Assembly: GCA_965112155.1 (NCBI GenBank)
Contig: OZ218099.1
DNA: 64,000 nucleotides
Strand: one strand, 5' to 3'
From: Podarcis liolepis
Lineage: Eukaryota
Of this stretch, positions 39,275-52,536 are shown one piece after another. Made by a program: the position numbers and the translations under genes. Under the pieces are notes generated by a model. The model searched no databases. It saw only the letters and a list, made by a program, of their open reading frames with translations, and was not told the origin of the DNA. Numbering within the stretch: the stretch's first letter is position 1; every line of letters begins with the position of its first letter.

Positions 39275-40450
39275 GCTGATGTGCATAGGAAAATATATTG
39301 AAACTTCCTTCCTTTCTGCTGTCCCCCAGTTTGCCATGTGATGTGCTTTAGACTGGAACTCTTCCTTCCTAGATGACAATGTCTTTAGTCATGGACAAAA
39401 AGCAACACAATGATCATATAATGAGAACATACATTCTGGAAATGCAAGAAGGTTCACTTGCAGTTAAATGCAATTACTAAGCATCTGCACTCTGGAGTAG
39501 TATGTATAAATATAAAATCCAAATCTTATATTGTCAGTATGTAATAGCATATCAATGGGAAGCTAGTATGACGCCCTGTTTCTTTACAAAACCTTAACGA
39601 GGATCCACTGATATATTGACATATGAATAATTCATTTTTTGTTATATTCAGCGGTTTCTCCAACTCATGCAGACATTGGGAACTTGGCAAACCCCTGAAT
39701 CGCAAGAGTTTTAGTTTTCCATTAAATGTCAGTATACCAATATACACTGCTGCAGATCCTCATGATGTCACTACATTGATCTGTTTAACATGGTCCCATA
39801 CTCAGACGGAGGGAAGCGAGACTTCTTAGCTCTTTCTTAGCATATCTCTGTCCGGTCAAGTATTATGGTGTGCTAGAAATGGTAAGTGAGAAACAAGTGC
39901 AATAAAACCGAGCCTCTCAGATGCAGATAAATTTTGGGCTCTTTTTATCCCACCTTTCTCACAATACTAAAGAGGAGGAAGAAGCTTTTCATTGATCACA
40001 CTCTCTCACATGCAGTGGAATTTATATAAATGGCTCTCCCCATATTTTGCTGTAATAGAAACCCATGACTGCTCTGGATGGGACAGGCATTTGAATTGCA
40101 GCTTAGAGATGTAAAAAATAAAACAAAAACCCTGTTTGAAAAAAATCGCAACATATTCTAGACTCATTCATGTGAGTCTAAGCTGAAATTGGTTGTAGAC
40201 CTCCCCTCCACAACCTATTGCAAGAAAACAAACAAAACCCATCTTAATATTTCAAGTGGGGTATAATCAATGACAAGAGGCAACTCGGCTCACTACTAGA
40301 CCAGACCAGAGATTGCAAGTGATGCTTGGCAGCATTGTCTGAAGCATCACTTAAGCTTCTGGAGGCTGTCTTCCTTTGTGGGGAATAAGCTGGGCCAGTT
40401 GCTCCCCACCCCCCAATTTTGGAAATACTATATGTTCCTTTTTTCCTGTT

Positions 40451-40737
40451 TAGAATCATAGAATCATAGAGTTGGAATAGACCACAAGGGCCATCGAGTC
40501 CAACCCCCTGCCAAGCAGGAAACACCATCAGAGCACTCCTGACATATGGTTGTCAAGCCTCTGCTTAAAGACCTCCAAAGAAGGAGACTCTACCACACTC
40601 CTTGGCAGCAAATTCCACTGTCGAACAGCTCTTACTGTCAGGAAGTTCTTCCTAATGTTTAGGTGGAATCTTCTTTCTTGTAGTTTGGATCCATTGCTCC
40701 GTGTCCGCTTCTCTGGAGCAGCAGAAAACAACCTTTC
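40451..40737 (-). mobile_element. CR1 LINE 3' end
   Basis: (ATTCTATG)n tail read as TAGAATCATAGAATCATAGA; the minus-strand ORF gives RTRSNGSKLQERRFHLNIRKNFLTVRAVRQWNLLPRSVVESPSLEVFKQRLD, the CR1 ORF2 C-terminus. Confidence 0.92.
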
Positions 40738-40799
40738 TCCCTTTAAGGGGAGGCAATGTCTACCACCTGGTTTTGGAGTTGGTCAATGTGAGCCCTGTC

Positions 40800-40891
40800 A
40801 TGGATGCTTTAGCTGAGATTCTTGCATTGCAGGGGGTTGGAGTAGATCACCTTTGGGATCCCTTCCAACTCTACAGTTCTGTGATTCTATG
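40800..40891 (+). mobile_element. Short CR1 3' UTR/tail fragment, opposite orientation to its neighbour
   Basis: GCAGGGGGTTGGAGTAGATCACCTTTGGGATCCCTTCCAACTCTACAGTTCTGTGATTCTATG is a CR1 terminal stem plus octamer tail; the left boundary is approximate. Confidence 0.82.
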
Positions 40892-41335
40892 TTCAATTAT
40901 GTATGGCTGTTGCAGAGTACTTTCCAGCTGAGATTATTCACTGATATACAAAAGTATTTCAAAATAGTTCAGAGTTTTCTTGCCTTTCCCAGCTATTGCT
41001 CTCCTACAAAATGTTAACTGGGAAGCTTTGTGAATTCCATTAAACTCAGTGAAAATACAGATCCTTGAACTCTTTAGAAATGCGGAGCAAGGGCCAGAAG
41101 ATGATTCTGGGGAGCAGTCTCTGGAGATTTGCTGATGGAGGTTGGGTCAACTCTTTTTCTTTAGCTGTATTTTTATTGCTGTGGCCAGCAGGAGTCCAGG
41201 TTTTACTCTAATGAGCTCTGTGGGGGCAAAGTGGGATTGGCTGTTGCCAGGACTATCTTTAGATTTTGTCATGGCAACCCCCGTGTTCTGGCTACCTTCC
41301 TCTTTGCTTTGAGGTTCCTGCCTTTCATGGTTTGA

Positions 41336-41542
<207 letters not shown>

Positions 41543-43049
41543 TGAGGCTGGGGAAAAGATTTGGGTGCTTTATTTGTAAGAACCATTGCTTGTGCCTTGG
41601 GAATTGGGAACACCAAGGTTTGGGGGGCTGGTTCCACCTTTGGTATACCCCAATTTTCTGCAAAACTAAGCTAACAATTGTTACCAGTCTTCCTATTCTT
41701 TGCTATCACCACGTGAACTTCTAGATAACATTTAGAGAACTTGGATGCGTTTAGAAGTCACTCTGATGCACTGTTCCACTCACTTTCCTGATATCCCCAA
41801 CCCTTTCCCCCCCTTCATGATAAACCAGTTTGGTGCAGAGGTGGGTTAATGGTTTTAGGGAGGTGCTGATAGAAGGAGGGACTGAACGGCTGAAGGATGA
41901 TGGAACAGCGTAAACAATTGAATTCCCTATATGGAAGGGAAACAAAAAAAACGGCAATTGTCATTGTTCAACCAGAATTGTTGTATTTCCCAGGATCTCA
42001 GTGGAGGTGGCATGGCTGCAGCTGCATTAAGTTGGTGCAAGGTTCCCTCCCTGCCCATTACAGCTCATTAGTATGTAGCACATTTCTTCCTTTGGTCTTG
42101 TCTGCTGGAAAAAATCAGTAGGCACAAACAGATTCAGGTACATTCTGTGGAGGTAAAACCTGCAGGCCCTGCCTAGCCCCGAGCTACAAGCTGCTGCACC
42201 ATGGATGAATTATGGCTGCCATTGCCTGGCACTGCTGTGGCCCATGTGTCAGGGGAGCTGTAGTTTACCCGCACTCCAGAAGGAAACCCAGGTTAATGAC
42301 TGTTACATAGACCTGTTTGTCAGTCAAAAGTGATGCTTCACTGGGATCTTGCCAGACTTTCACTCAGCAAATCATTGTGGCGCAGAGCTGTTTTTTGTGG
42401 GATACCATCCCTCATTAAGATAAAGAAAGCTTGAATTGTTTCCAAGCAAGTTGAGAGCTATGCAGAGACTGCAAGTGATCGGCCACTGAGAGGTGATTTA
42501 TGTTATCGCTTACATGCACTTCGCTCTTTGCCTCTGTCTAGGGACGTCCCATATCTATAAACGTATATCGCTACTGTAGAGCATATATCACTTTGCAAGG
42601 ATGTAAGGAGAACAGTGCTTTGTTGCTGTTTAAACATTTTTTCTTAGAACCCAGCTCTGTATATCCTTGTTTCGGTGTACTGTCTAATCGCCATTGCGTT
42701 AAGTTGGTCCTATGGGCTACAATGTTTACTTAATTCTAGCTACAGCTCTTGCATGACTTTGGGATTTGGCAGGGGCCAGGTGAGGGAATAATTTAGGAGA
42801 GCTCAGGTGGTGAAGTCATGGAATACATGAGTTTGTTGGGAGAAAGGCTAGAAATGGAAGGAACCCATTCCTAATATACTGCTGCCTCTGCCACAGACTC
42901 TCAGCTGTAGAGGCTGCCTGAAGCTTGGGATGGGGTTTGGCTCCTTTCCAACTCTACACACCAAGGGATTCTGTAGCCAGAAGCTTTTTTATTTTATTTT
43001 TGCAGCTCTTCTGCAGAAGCCTCAAAGTTCTGCAATAGCCCACTCTTTA

Positions 43050-43215
43050 AGGAAGGGTTGTGGATCATGCTTTGCATGAGAAAGGTCCCGTGTTCAATTC
43101 GCAGCATCTCCAGGTATGACTGAGAAGAAGCCCTGCCTGAAACCCGGAGGAGCTGCTGGTCAGACAGTTCTGAGATAGATGGACCAATGACTTGACTCAG
43201 GCAACCTCATATATT
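43050..43215 (+). mobile_element. Squam3-type tRNA-derived SINE (decayed)
   Basis: TGCTTTGCATGAGAAAGGTCCCGTGTTCAATTCGCAGCATCTCCAGGTA...CTGAAACCCGGAGGAGCTGCTG...GAGATAGATGGACCAATG; related remnants lie at about 46975-47095 and 60107-60250. Confidence 0.72.
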
Positions 43216-43279
43216 AGTATCTTTACTGGGTCTGTGACAGTACAATAAAGACAATAATTCTTGAATTTATATTCTAGAG

Positions 43280-43476
43280 TTTTTAGGAGACCCCTGTTCC
43301 CTTCACAGAACTTAACATTCAGCCAGGGATCTCTGGGAATTGTAGCTCTGCGAGGGGAACAGGGGGTCTCAGTTCTCAGCATCTTTAATAAACGCCACTA
43401 CCCAGGATTCTTTGGGGGAAGCCATGACTGTTAAAGTGGTATCGTAGTGCTTTAAATGTATGGTGCAGATGTAGCC
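43280..43476. repeat. Squamate interspersed repeat, probable non-autonomous DNA transposon end
   Basis: Internal inverted pair CCCTGTTCCCTTCACAGA / TCTGCGAGGGGAACAGGG and terminus GCTTTAAATGTATGGTGCAGATGTAGCC; family not determined. Confidence 0.5.
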
Positions 43477-44053
43477 TTGGCCTTAAATGTAGAGTTCCTA
43501 TATAGCCATAACCAAGAGAAGGCTCCATGTAGTGTTTCAAGCAAAGGTGCACAAGTTTTTGAGAACGTGGTGCTGTGTGGTCTGGTCTGGAAATACACCT
43601 CAAGCTGTGTGTAGGAGACACCGGGAGCCCATGTGGTGCTTTAAAGAACCCCAAAAAAACTCTCTCCTTCAAAAATATCTCTGTGCACTAAGCTCCAGGA
43701 ATAGATAAATTGCATTCCAAGCTGGATAAAGGAAGGGTTGACTTCATGCTGCTGGAATTTGGCAGTGCCATTTGTCACCACCCAAATCCAATGGACTGGC
43801 TCTTTCCATTCCTCCATTCCTTGTGCATGCAAGCACAAGTATATAAATCTGTCCTGCAGGTTAGTTACCAAGCTCTTAGAGCTGCTTTGAGGAAGAGGAG
43901 CAGGATCACATCAGTTGCTGAAGTTCATTTCCATGCAGCGTTCTCCTTTCCTCTTCCCACATCTCTGAAAGGTACAAAGCAATCGAGCCTACCAGAACGG
44001 TTGCCTTTGCAGATGGTCATTAGTGAGCCAACATATACCGAGTTCTAATGATA

Positions 44054-44055
<2 letters not shown>

Positions 44056-44096
<41 letters not shown>
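44056..44096. repeat. (AC)20 microsatellite
   Basis: direct reading. Confidence 0.95.
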
Positions 44097-44098
<2 letters not shown>

Positions 44099-46229
44099 GT
44101 TGTTTTATGTGCTTAAGCTTCTGGAAAGCATGGTCCTTGGATACATTTGAACATTGATCCCCGCTGCCCCCAGATTTTCTGCATTCAGAGAAATGGGCTC
44201 TACAGTCTCAGGGCAGCGTTCTTTCACAGCACAGATCAGAGTACACATGTGGCGGCTTTTCCCCAATTGATTTGGGGACAAAATATTTAATCAGCTATCC
44301 TTAATAACTAAGCAAACTGTCCCTAAATCTCCTGTACTTGCTCTTGCTGCCCATTTACCAGCCCAAGGCTGCTCCATAGAGACATTTTGACTTTCCTCCT
44401 GACAGTGCATGGCTATTGGGGGGATGGAAAAGGCCTGATTTTATGCTTGAATCATGATGCCAGTGCATGTGGCAAATAGATTTATCAGAAAAGTTTATTG
44501 GCGCGAATTGTCTTGAGTATGGACCAGGCAAAGCCTGATGCTTTTGCTGTCACCCAATTTCCCTCCCTCTCATTTATAAACAATTCAGTGGAGGAATTCC
44601 TCCCATCTGCTACCCAGATGGTCTTCTGGAAAGACTCGATATAACAGTGACCCCAGGCCATTGCCTCACCTTCCACCTAGCCTTTTCTTCCTCCCCTTTC
44701 CACCTTTACTCAGATATATAAGAAACTGTGACCCATTATTTTGTTCTTTTAATCTCCTTTGCTGCTTGCTTGCTTGCTTTGTTGTTTTGTGCTTGTGTGT
44801 TCCGTTGCTTGTATTATACAGTTCAAAATTCTTCAGTAAAAACTTATTACAAAAAAGATAGCTCTGACAATATGTGAGAAGGAAACCTTCTTGCTGGTTT
44901 TTATTTTGTTTGGAGTGGCAGTAAGCCAGGCTTTATTTAAAACACACACACAAAAGATAAAAACAGACTGGTCAAAAACTGACCATATGGCAAGTTTTAG
45001 TTAGAGAGTATATGAAGGAGAATGAGAATTTCCCTAGACAATAGAAGGGTGCATTCCCTGTAGACATGCTATTGCTGACTATGATGTAAATTTGTAGTTT
45101 AGTTCATCGTGTTCAGACTTGGTTCTTAGAGCTCTTCAACCATTACATCCCATACGAGCCATTGTCATTTGAGCAAAGTGCACCATGGTTGCAGCCACCT
45201 ACCTTTACCCTGCTCTGTGTTCCAGTCTCCTCAGTATAAAAGAGCAATGTATGTAACCAGCAGGAAGAGACAGCTCCCATCAACTGATGTCTAGAATATC
45301 ATTTCTCTGAGTAGCTTTAAAGGGATGAGGATTGCAGGTGGTTGTGAAATGAGAAGTAGTAGTCAAGATACTTGAAACAGGCTTCCCCACAAGCACTTTG
45401 CCAGCAGGGAAATATATGGTCCCACCCCACACTGTAGCAAAAGCACATGCAAATCCAGCAAGTGAACGTACTTGCATTTTTATGTGTGTAGCCTTTGGTG
45501 AATTTTTGCAAGAACATGTCTTTGGAGAAGGACCTGACAAGGGAATGCCTCTGCAGCTGGGGCATGAGTTTGTGTCCTTGGGTCAAAATGAGCTGTTGAT
45601 GACCAGAACAAAGGAAAGAAAGAATGGTGGTATCTTATATTTACTGCCTTTCCTGTAGGGAAGAGTTTGTAGGAGCACCTCTGATTTGCAGCATTAAGGG
45701 ATGCTCCCCAGATTTGGCTTATGTTTGTACACTTGCTGGTTGGCCCATATGTCTTCAGATAGGCACAAATTATTCCCATGGGTGTGTCAGGGACCAGAAG
45801 GAGGTGGTGGAGCTAAGGACTCCAAATCAAAAGAGGGAGAGCATATGTGGCCAGTTCAGAAGTGCTGCTACCCAGCAAGCTTGCGGGGACCAGTGTCCCA
45901 TCAGTCAGAGGATGTGGCACTGCCATCCTTCGACTCAGAGAACTCTGTTGAAGACCTAGTGAGACCAGAAGCTCTCCCTCTCCATTGCAGAAGTAGCTCT
46001 ACTGGAGAGGGATCTACTCAAAGCAGCACCTTCCAGTATGGGCAGCGGGGCTCACAATCAGGATGCAACTCTTGCTGCTATGTAGAGCCGAGCTCTGCTC
46101 TCCCATAGCTCAGCGCTTATCTCTAGCCTGAGCCCTTCATGAGATGAACACTCACAATAGGTGTAGCATACAAGGATGTAGCATTAGCTAGCCTCTTGTG
46201 ACAGCTACACAGCAACAGCACAAGGCCCT

Positions 46230-46600
46230 TAAAGGAATGAAAAGAAACCCTGCCAATCATCTGTGAGGGAAATGATATATTGATTCAGCACCACTGAAGG
46301 CCGAGATCAATGTGCTGCTCTTCTTCTCCCTTCTCTCTCTGTCCTCTCCCCGCTTCCTTCGCCCTGGCTGCCCAGGTGTCGTTTGTGGCAGAGGTAGGGA
46401 CAGGCAGGCATCGTGGAATCGGCAGGCCCGGGCAGTGGTGCTTTTGTTGAGGCCTTGAGCGCCATTCATCAGCCTCCTAATGAGCCATCCCAGGGAATGG
46501 GAGAGCGAAGCAGATAAAGAGGAGCATTGAAAAATGCACAATATTAGGTGCCTGATGAGCTAAATCTCATCAATAAGACACTGTGAGCGTTAGATAGTTT
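46230..46600. promoter_or_regulatory. Candidate conserved non-coding element
   Basis: No repeat recognised, CpGs retained, motif-rich (ATTGAT, ATCAAT x2, AGATAA, CTAATG); contains a candidate microexon. Confidence 0.35.
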
Positions 46601-47949
46601 GGCTCATGCTGTTTCAGGCTTTCTCTCCACATACGCAGGCACTCATATGCAAATGCCAATGTTTACACTTTATTCTGCATCCTGCAGCTTCTCTTAATCT
46701 GTTGAAGGTTAAAGGAGGTGCTCTTCTCAAGAGCATTTGGTCTTTTGGCCCTTCTGCTTTTCGCAGGAGCTGGGGTCTACAGCCACTGTGCCTGCTTAAT
46801 ATTGGCCAGAGAAAGCTGTAGATAGGAGAACTCCTGGAAACAGTGCTGAGTTGTCAGTGGAACAAAGGTAATGGAAACATTTGCAGACAATATGTAAAGA
46901 GCAGAGCAGGCCTCTAGATCCTTCAGTTTATTTGTGAGATCTCAGTCCTGCATTTGTGTCAGAGAGGGCCAACTGATAAGTGGTAGAGCATGCAGAAGGC
47001 CCTGGGTTCAAGCTCTGGAATCTCCAGTTAAAAGGATATTGGGTCAGAGGACCTGGAAACATCTCTACCAGAGATTGCGGTGTTTTCAGTAAGAGTTCGG
47101 TGTAGTGGTTACAGTGCTGGACTGGGAGAACCAGGGTTGAAATCCCTAGTTGGCCTTGAAGCTTTCTGTATTGGGCTTCTTGTACGCTGCTTAGTGATGA
47201 TTGTGATTAAGCAGTATACAAATAGTTGAAAGGAAATGAAGTAGATTGAAGTAGATTCATATTGATAGGTCTACTCTATATAAGTTACTAACGACCAGTA
47301 CTTTTAATGTGCCTACTCTGAGTAGGTTTTACATTGGATAGAATCCTATGTTAGCTTTCCTCATTGTGGTACCCTCTTGATGTTTTGGATTATATAAACT
47401 GGCAGGGGCTGATGGGAATTCACTCCAAAACATCTGGAAGGCACCAGGCTAAATTGAGGAAGGCTGGGCTATGTGCTGGAATTGCCATACTTCCAGGGTT
47501 TGGGGGGAGCCATCTCAGCAAGTTATCGGTGACTTTCTTCATGTTTTGTTTTGTATTTTATGCTCAAATGTTTGGTTTTGCCTCAGATCCATTCCTTCCA
47601 GGAACTGGGCTCAGAGCCGTGAATTCTAAAAGCTCATCCCATACTGACTGTGCAGTCACTGTCCTGTCGCATAAAAGTGTGTTTTGGTCTATGTCATTTT
47701 TAAAAGATTGAGCGCAGACTTATGATGAGCCCAGGAAAAAAAGCATTGTCTCCTTGCACAAAGAGGTTGTTAGAGCTATGTGGTAGGTGCTGGCTGGTGT
47801 CTCGCTGTCAGCTGCTAAAGTGCTTTTCATCTTTGCAGATCAGCACATAATCCCTGCTCCAAAGCTGTTGGGGAGCATGTGGTGTTAACATAAGTCCTTG
47901 CCTAAAGATGCCAAGTTACCTTTGCCTGGTCTTATGGGCTTGGTTACTA

Positions 47950-48560
47950 TTTTATACTTATTTATTAATATCCCATCCTTCCTCCTAAAGGAGCCCATGG
48001 CAGCAAGCCACATCCACAACAATACATTTTTTAAAGCATTTTGAAAACTGCTACAGTTAAAAACATTCTCTCATCCAGTGATTTCGCAGTTGCCAGGAGC
48101 ACTGACCTTCAGCTATCGAATGCCTGGGCAAACAGCAGTGTTTTCAAACTCCTCCTGAAAGTCAATAGTGATAGAGACAATCACACCTAACCGTGGCATT
48201 CCACGAACAGAGCCACCACTGAAAAGGCCCTGTTATAGGTCACAGCCCCCTTCCCGCAGTCACAGCCAACAAGGCCTTACTAGCTGTTCATAGGGGCTGA
48301 GATAGCTGATAATGGGGAAGGTGTTCTTTTGGGTCCTTGGGTCATTTAGGGTTTCATATGCTGGCACTAACACCTTCAATTGTGCCAGTAGCTCATTGGC
48401 ACCCAGTGCAGTGCTTTCAGAACTAGCAACACATGGTCTCATTTGACTGCCCCAGTTAACAACCTAGCAGCCTCATTCTGTACTGACTAGAGCCTCTGGA
48501 CTTTCTTCAAGGGCAGCTCTTCATACAGCACATTACAGTAGTCCAGACAGAAAGTCACCA
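47950..48560 (-). mobile_element. Decayed L2-type LINE 3' portion
   Basis: TTTA-type tail, then GGCATTCCAC...GCCACCACTGAAAAGGCCCTG and TTCAAGGGCAGC...CAGCACATTACAGTAGTCCAGAC (antisense of an RLDYCN-like motif). Confidence 0.68.
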
Positions 48561-51500
48561 AATTATGGGGGTTTGCAAAATGTGTGTGGTGGGGGAGAGA
48601 TTTGGGATTTTGGCCAGTCTTAGACAGTATTCAGAGTGCTGAAGACCAAGGATTGACAGAACCATCTTATTTCCAGTCTGCTTCAACTTTGCATGTGTTT
48701 ATAAGTCTGTTCCATTCCTATTTCCACATTAATCTGTGGTTTTTAAAAGAATCTCTATGAAAATTAATATTTACACATTATTGAAATACATATTTTATCA
48801 CAAAAAGCTTATTTAAATATGTATTTTTTCTCAAAGTATGCATTTCTAAACATGTTTTATGTTAAAATATGCCATTAATACTTTTTTACACATTTTGCTG
48901 CATATTTTGAGCCATAAAATACAGAGATGTGCAACATCTGAATAATAATTGCATTCTAATCTGTATATTAGTCCAGGAGGTGCAAATTAGGTTGGTTTGT
49001 TTAAAAATGTGGACTGAATGTAATTATCCTGTACCCCAATAGACACTCACTACAGTGGGATCCATCCGGATTTCACTTGCCTTTTCCATGTAGCCAACCC
49101 ATCGTATCAGAACTTGGTGCCTGCCAGTGATATCAGCATACAAGGGGGAGTTGGGGCTCAAGGTCTTCTATGGCCCTGGCAGGTACCATTCATGCCTCCA
49201 GCACATACTGCACCTACAGATCTCTCAGCAAGCCTGGCATGGGCCTGGTGCAATGAGGGACCCAGCCAAATGCTTTGTGAACCCTATTTGCCCATGTACC
49301 TCCCTTAAGAGAAGGCAAAAGTAATTTCATCTTTTGTGTTTGGAGTCTTAATAAAAGTGGCAAAGAGCCAAAGCAGGTTATCCTGGAGTCAGTATGTGTG
49401 ATAGCCTTCCCGTAAATAAGAAAGAGCTGGCTAACACATCATTTGGCATAAAGTTGATCTACTGAGCTCACTGTTGGCTTTGCTAGAGCAGATTCAGTGG
49501 CCTGTTTTAAATGGGTGTAGCTTGAAACCACAATCTGCTCTCTAGCAGATCCATGCCAAATACTCCCACTTCCCTTTGCAAACAGATATTGAACCCGCTA
49601 ATTCTTATGGAAAGTTCTTCTACTGTTGCATGATTATGGCAACCTGCCCAACTGCACTTTTGTAGCTGGGAGTCACACAGTTCAAGAGCAGTTAACAAAC
49701 GTAATTAACTAGTTAATACTTACCCCAAGTTTTAAAGAACGCAAAGCCCTCTCTGTCTGTTGCCCATTGTATAAGACCCAGTATCCAGAACCTCTGAGGA
49801 CTGAGAACATTAAAACAGGGTTAGTCTTCAGAGGTGATCAAAAGGTAAAAAGCAATCCACTGCTCTCAAGAGTGCCTTTAAACAGCCCTGATAACAGGTC
49901 AGGCACCTCGCTCTCAAGCAATGCATGGCTCCTCAGCTGACTGCAAGTGGGAGAAAACTGTGTGATGAGAGATCACAACAGACAAACAAGATACGACCAA
50001 GGAGCCATCTTCAATTTATTCTCCATCTGTGTTGCTTTTTTGTGCCTGAATGGTTTGCAGTTAGCTTTTATAAGTAATAAAAGCCCTCCTTGGAAGAGGC
50101 TTGAATTTCTGGCCTCACCTGAAAAGGGAGGAGGGCAGGCAAAAATGGGAGAGTCTTGCCATGCTGGAGTGTAATTGCCATGCAAGCCTGTTAATGTACG
50201 GCCATCATTTGGCTTGTGCATTATGAGGAGACAAGACAGTTATTAATAAACAGCATAGCACCCACATTGGTTCATTCTCTCTCTCTTTCTTTCCCAAGCA
50301 GACTTAATGAAGCCAAGTTTGCAAATGAAACATAATTTCAAAGACAGGCGTGTTGTCGGTAGGTCTAGGGATGATGTATGCCTGTTCTTGCTCGTTAGCA
50401 GCTGTCTCTTTAATTACTGCAGATGCTAACGAGATGCTAACAGCATATGGTGGCAGAGAGAGGAGATGCACTTTGCACCAAAGTAGAATTTGTTTTGATG
50501 GTGGCCAGCTGGGAAAGAGGTGGCAGGACTGAGGTCACTTGGGATTTTTGTCTCTACCCCTCCTGTTTTCATCTTCACCCTAGTTGGCATAAAAGATTGC
50601 ACAAGAAAATACTGAAACACTCCTGGGGACCAGCTATGTAGCATTACTATACGTCTGATCCAAACACTGTTGAAGTCAATGTCTCAATCCACTGATAATA
50701 GTTTTCAGAGTGATGTCTCTCTAGTTCCCCTCTCACCTTCTCAAATGTCTTTCACACTCATCCTATTAATTTCCATCTCTTCTCCCCTGCTTCAGCACCT
50801 CACTTCCAGTCCATTTTAATCATACACCCCTGACTGCTGAGGTTGACACTTTTTCAGCTGGGAGTCTACTGGCTCCTTTTGTTTACTGTGTTGTCCTTAA
50901 CTTTTAATTGCACAACAATCACAGACTTCCATTTCTTTTATTGTTAGAATGAAATCGTGTGACCATTTAGTAAGTGAAGAAGAAACAACAGGAAGCATTT
51001 ATTTCACGTATCTAAGGATTGACTTATGAGGCACATGGCTATGGAGAGTTTTAGAATCTGGATTTTTTTGTACCGATGAGACAAATTCATAGAGGATATA
51101 CAAATCCATTCCTGACTATTGACCATGCTGGCTGGGACTGATGGGAGGTGGAGTCCGACAACATTTGGAGGGCCAGTTTCCCCATCAATGTAGAGGAAGG
51201 CAGATTTATGTCCAGCTTATCTCTTACTTCATAGTGCTGGAAGCTTTGAATGAACAATAGTTAATGGATTGTTTTGCAATTGTCATATATCCTTTTCTGA
51301 AGAACCAGGTCCTGGCTATTGTCGGAGATTGATTCTAGGTTATATGGCTCATTGACTTGATCCAATAATGGGTAAGAATGAACATGGAGAATTAATTTGC
51401 AGAAAAACTTGTAGAAAACCACATCAGTCAACCCAGATACCTACTGAACAACCACTTGAGATAGCCCTTTATGGTCTACTTTATCTTATGAAGTCTTTGC

Positions 51501-51977
51501 TCATGCCTTGTCCATCCCCATGTATTGGATATTTTGTGCTGCCCAATTGAGCCTACCCTTTGGGGGGAAAGTAGGGTTATAATCCCTGTAGATCAGTGAT
51601 CTTCGGTGAAGTTCTTGAATTTCTAAAGTTTGCACATGCTTTTTCACTGCGTTGTTTCTCAAACCATCATGTACCTCAGCATTAATAGCTGCCATATATT
51701 CAGCAAACATCTTGTCCATTATTTTGTTTGTGTGAAAAGCCAACTGAAACAATTGACTTGTATTTTGCAAAGAGTAGGATTTTTCTGATAAGATTTTCCA
51801 AAGAATGGCTTTTTTTGGCAAGATAGGGGTCAAAGGAGATACGATACGAAAGCAAATGGAGCAAGATCCAAAGGTATCAAACAACATACCGTAATCATTA
51901 GGCAAACTTTGATCTTACTACAACACTGGTCATTTCTGTGTATACATTTAAAGCATGTTCTCCAGGGTCCAGCAAAT

Positions 51978-52013
<36 letters not shown>
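51978..52013. repeat. (TAC)12 microsatellite
   Basis: direct reading; it explains the poly-Tyr in the spurious ORF 51909-52106. Confidence 0.95.
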
Positions 52014-52129
52014 ATGGAAGTAGTGTTTAATAAAATCAGCCTCCAATGCAAGTTTGATTTGGAAACAGCTGCTTATTTTAGGTATTTCAAGGGATGTTCT
52101 ATCTAATGCCCTGTCCTCCTTCTCTTTAG

Positions 52130-52339
<210 letters not shown>

Positions 52340-52536
52340 TAAGAAATTCCACTGCAGAATTTTGCATTCCCCAAAATTTCCAACCTAATGACTGGAAAAG
52401 GGGGTAAAGCTTCCAAGGCAGTTTGATGACTTCTCATTCTCTTGCCCATTTCCCTCTGCATTCCCCCGATATGCAACCATAGTGCAATGTGGCAAATCCC
52501 ATCATGCAAATATATTTACCTTTTTCTCTCATATAG

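Noticed and set aside
39841-39881. 41-nt pseudo-exon with ttcttag and ATG|gtaagt
   Set aside because: It is frameshifting, has a short pyrimidine tract and no supporting context; such pairs are common by chance in large introns.
45624-46108. Overlapping 111 aa and 135 aa + strand ORFs as a nested gene or retrocopy
   Set aside because: No recognisable homology, no exon-like splice boundaries, and no poly(A) tail or TSD.
46551-46600. CTGATGAG as a possible hammerhead ribozyme core
   Set aside because: There is no stem II followed by GAAA, and the motif pairs with CTCATCA instead. CTGATGA hits near 4235, 11244 and 30065 also lack the required stems.
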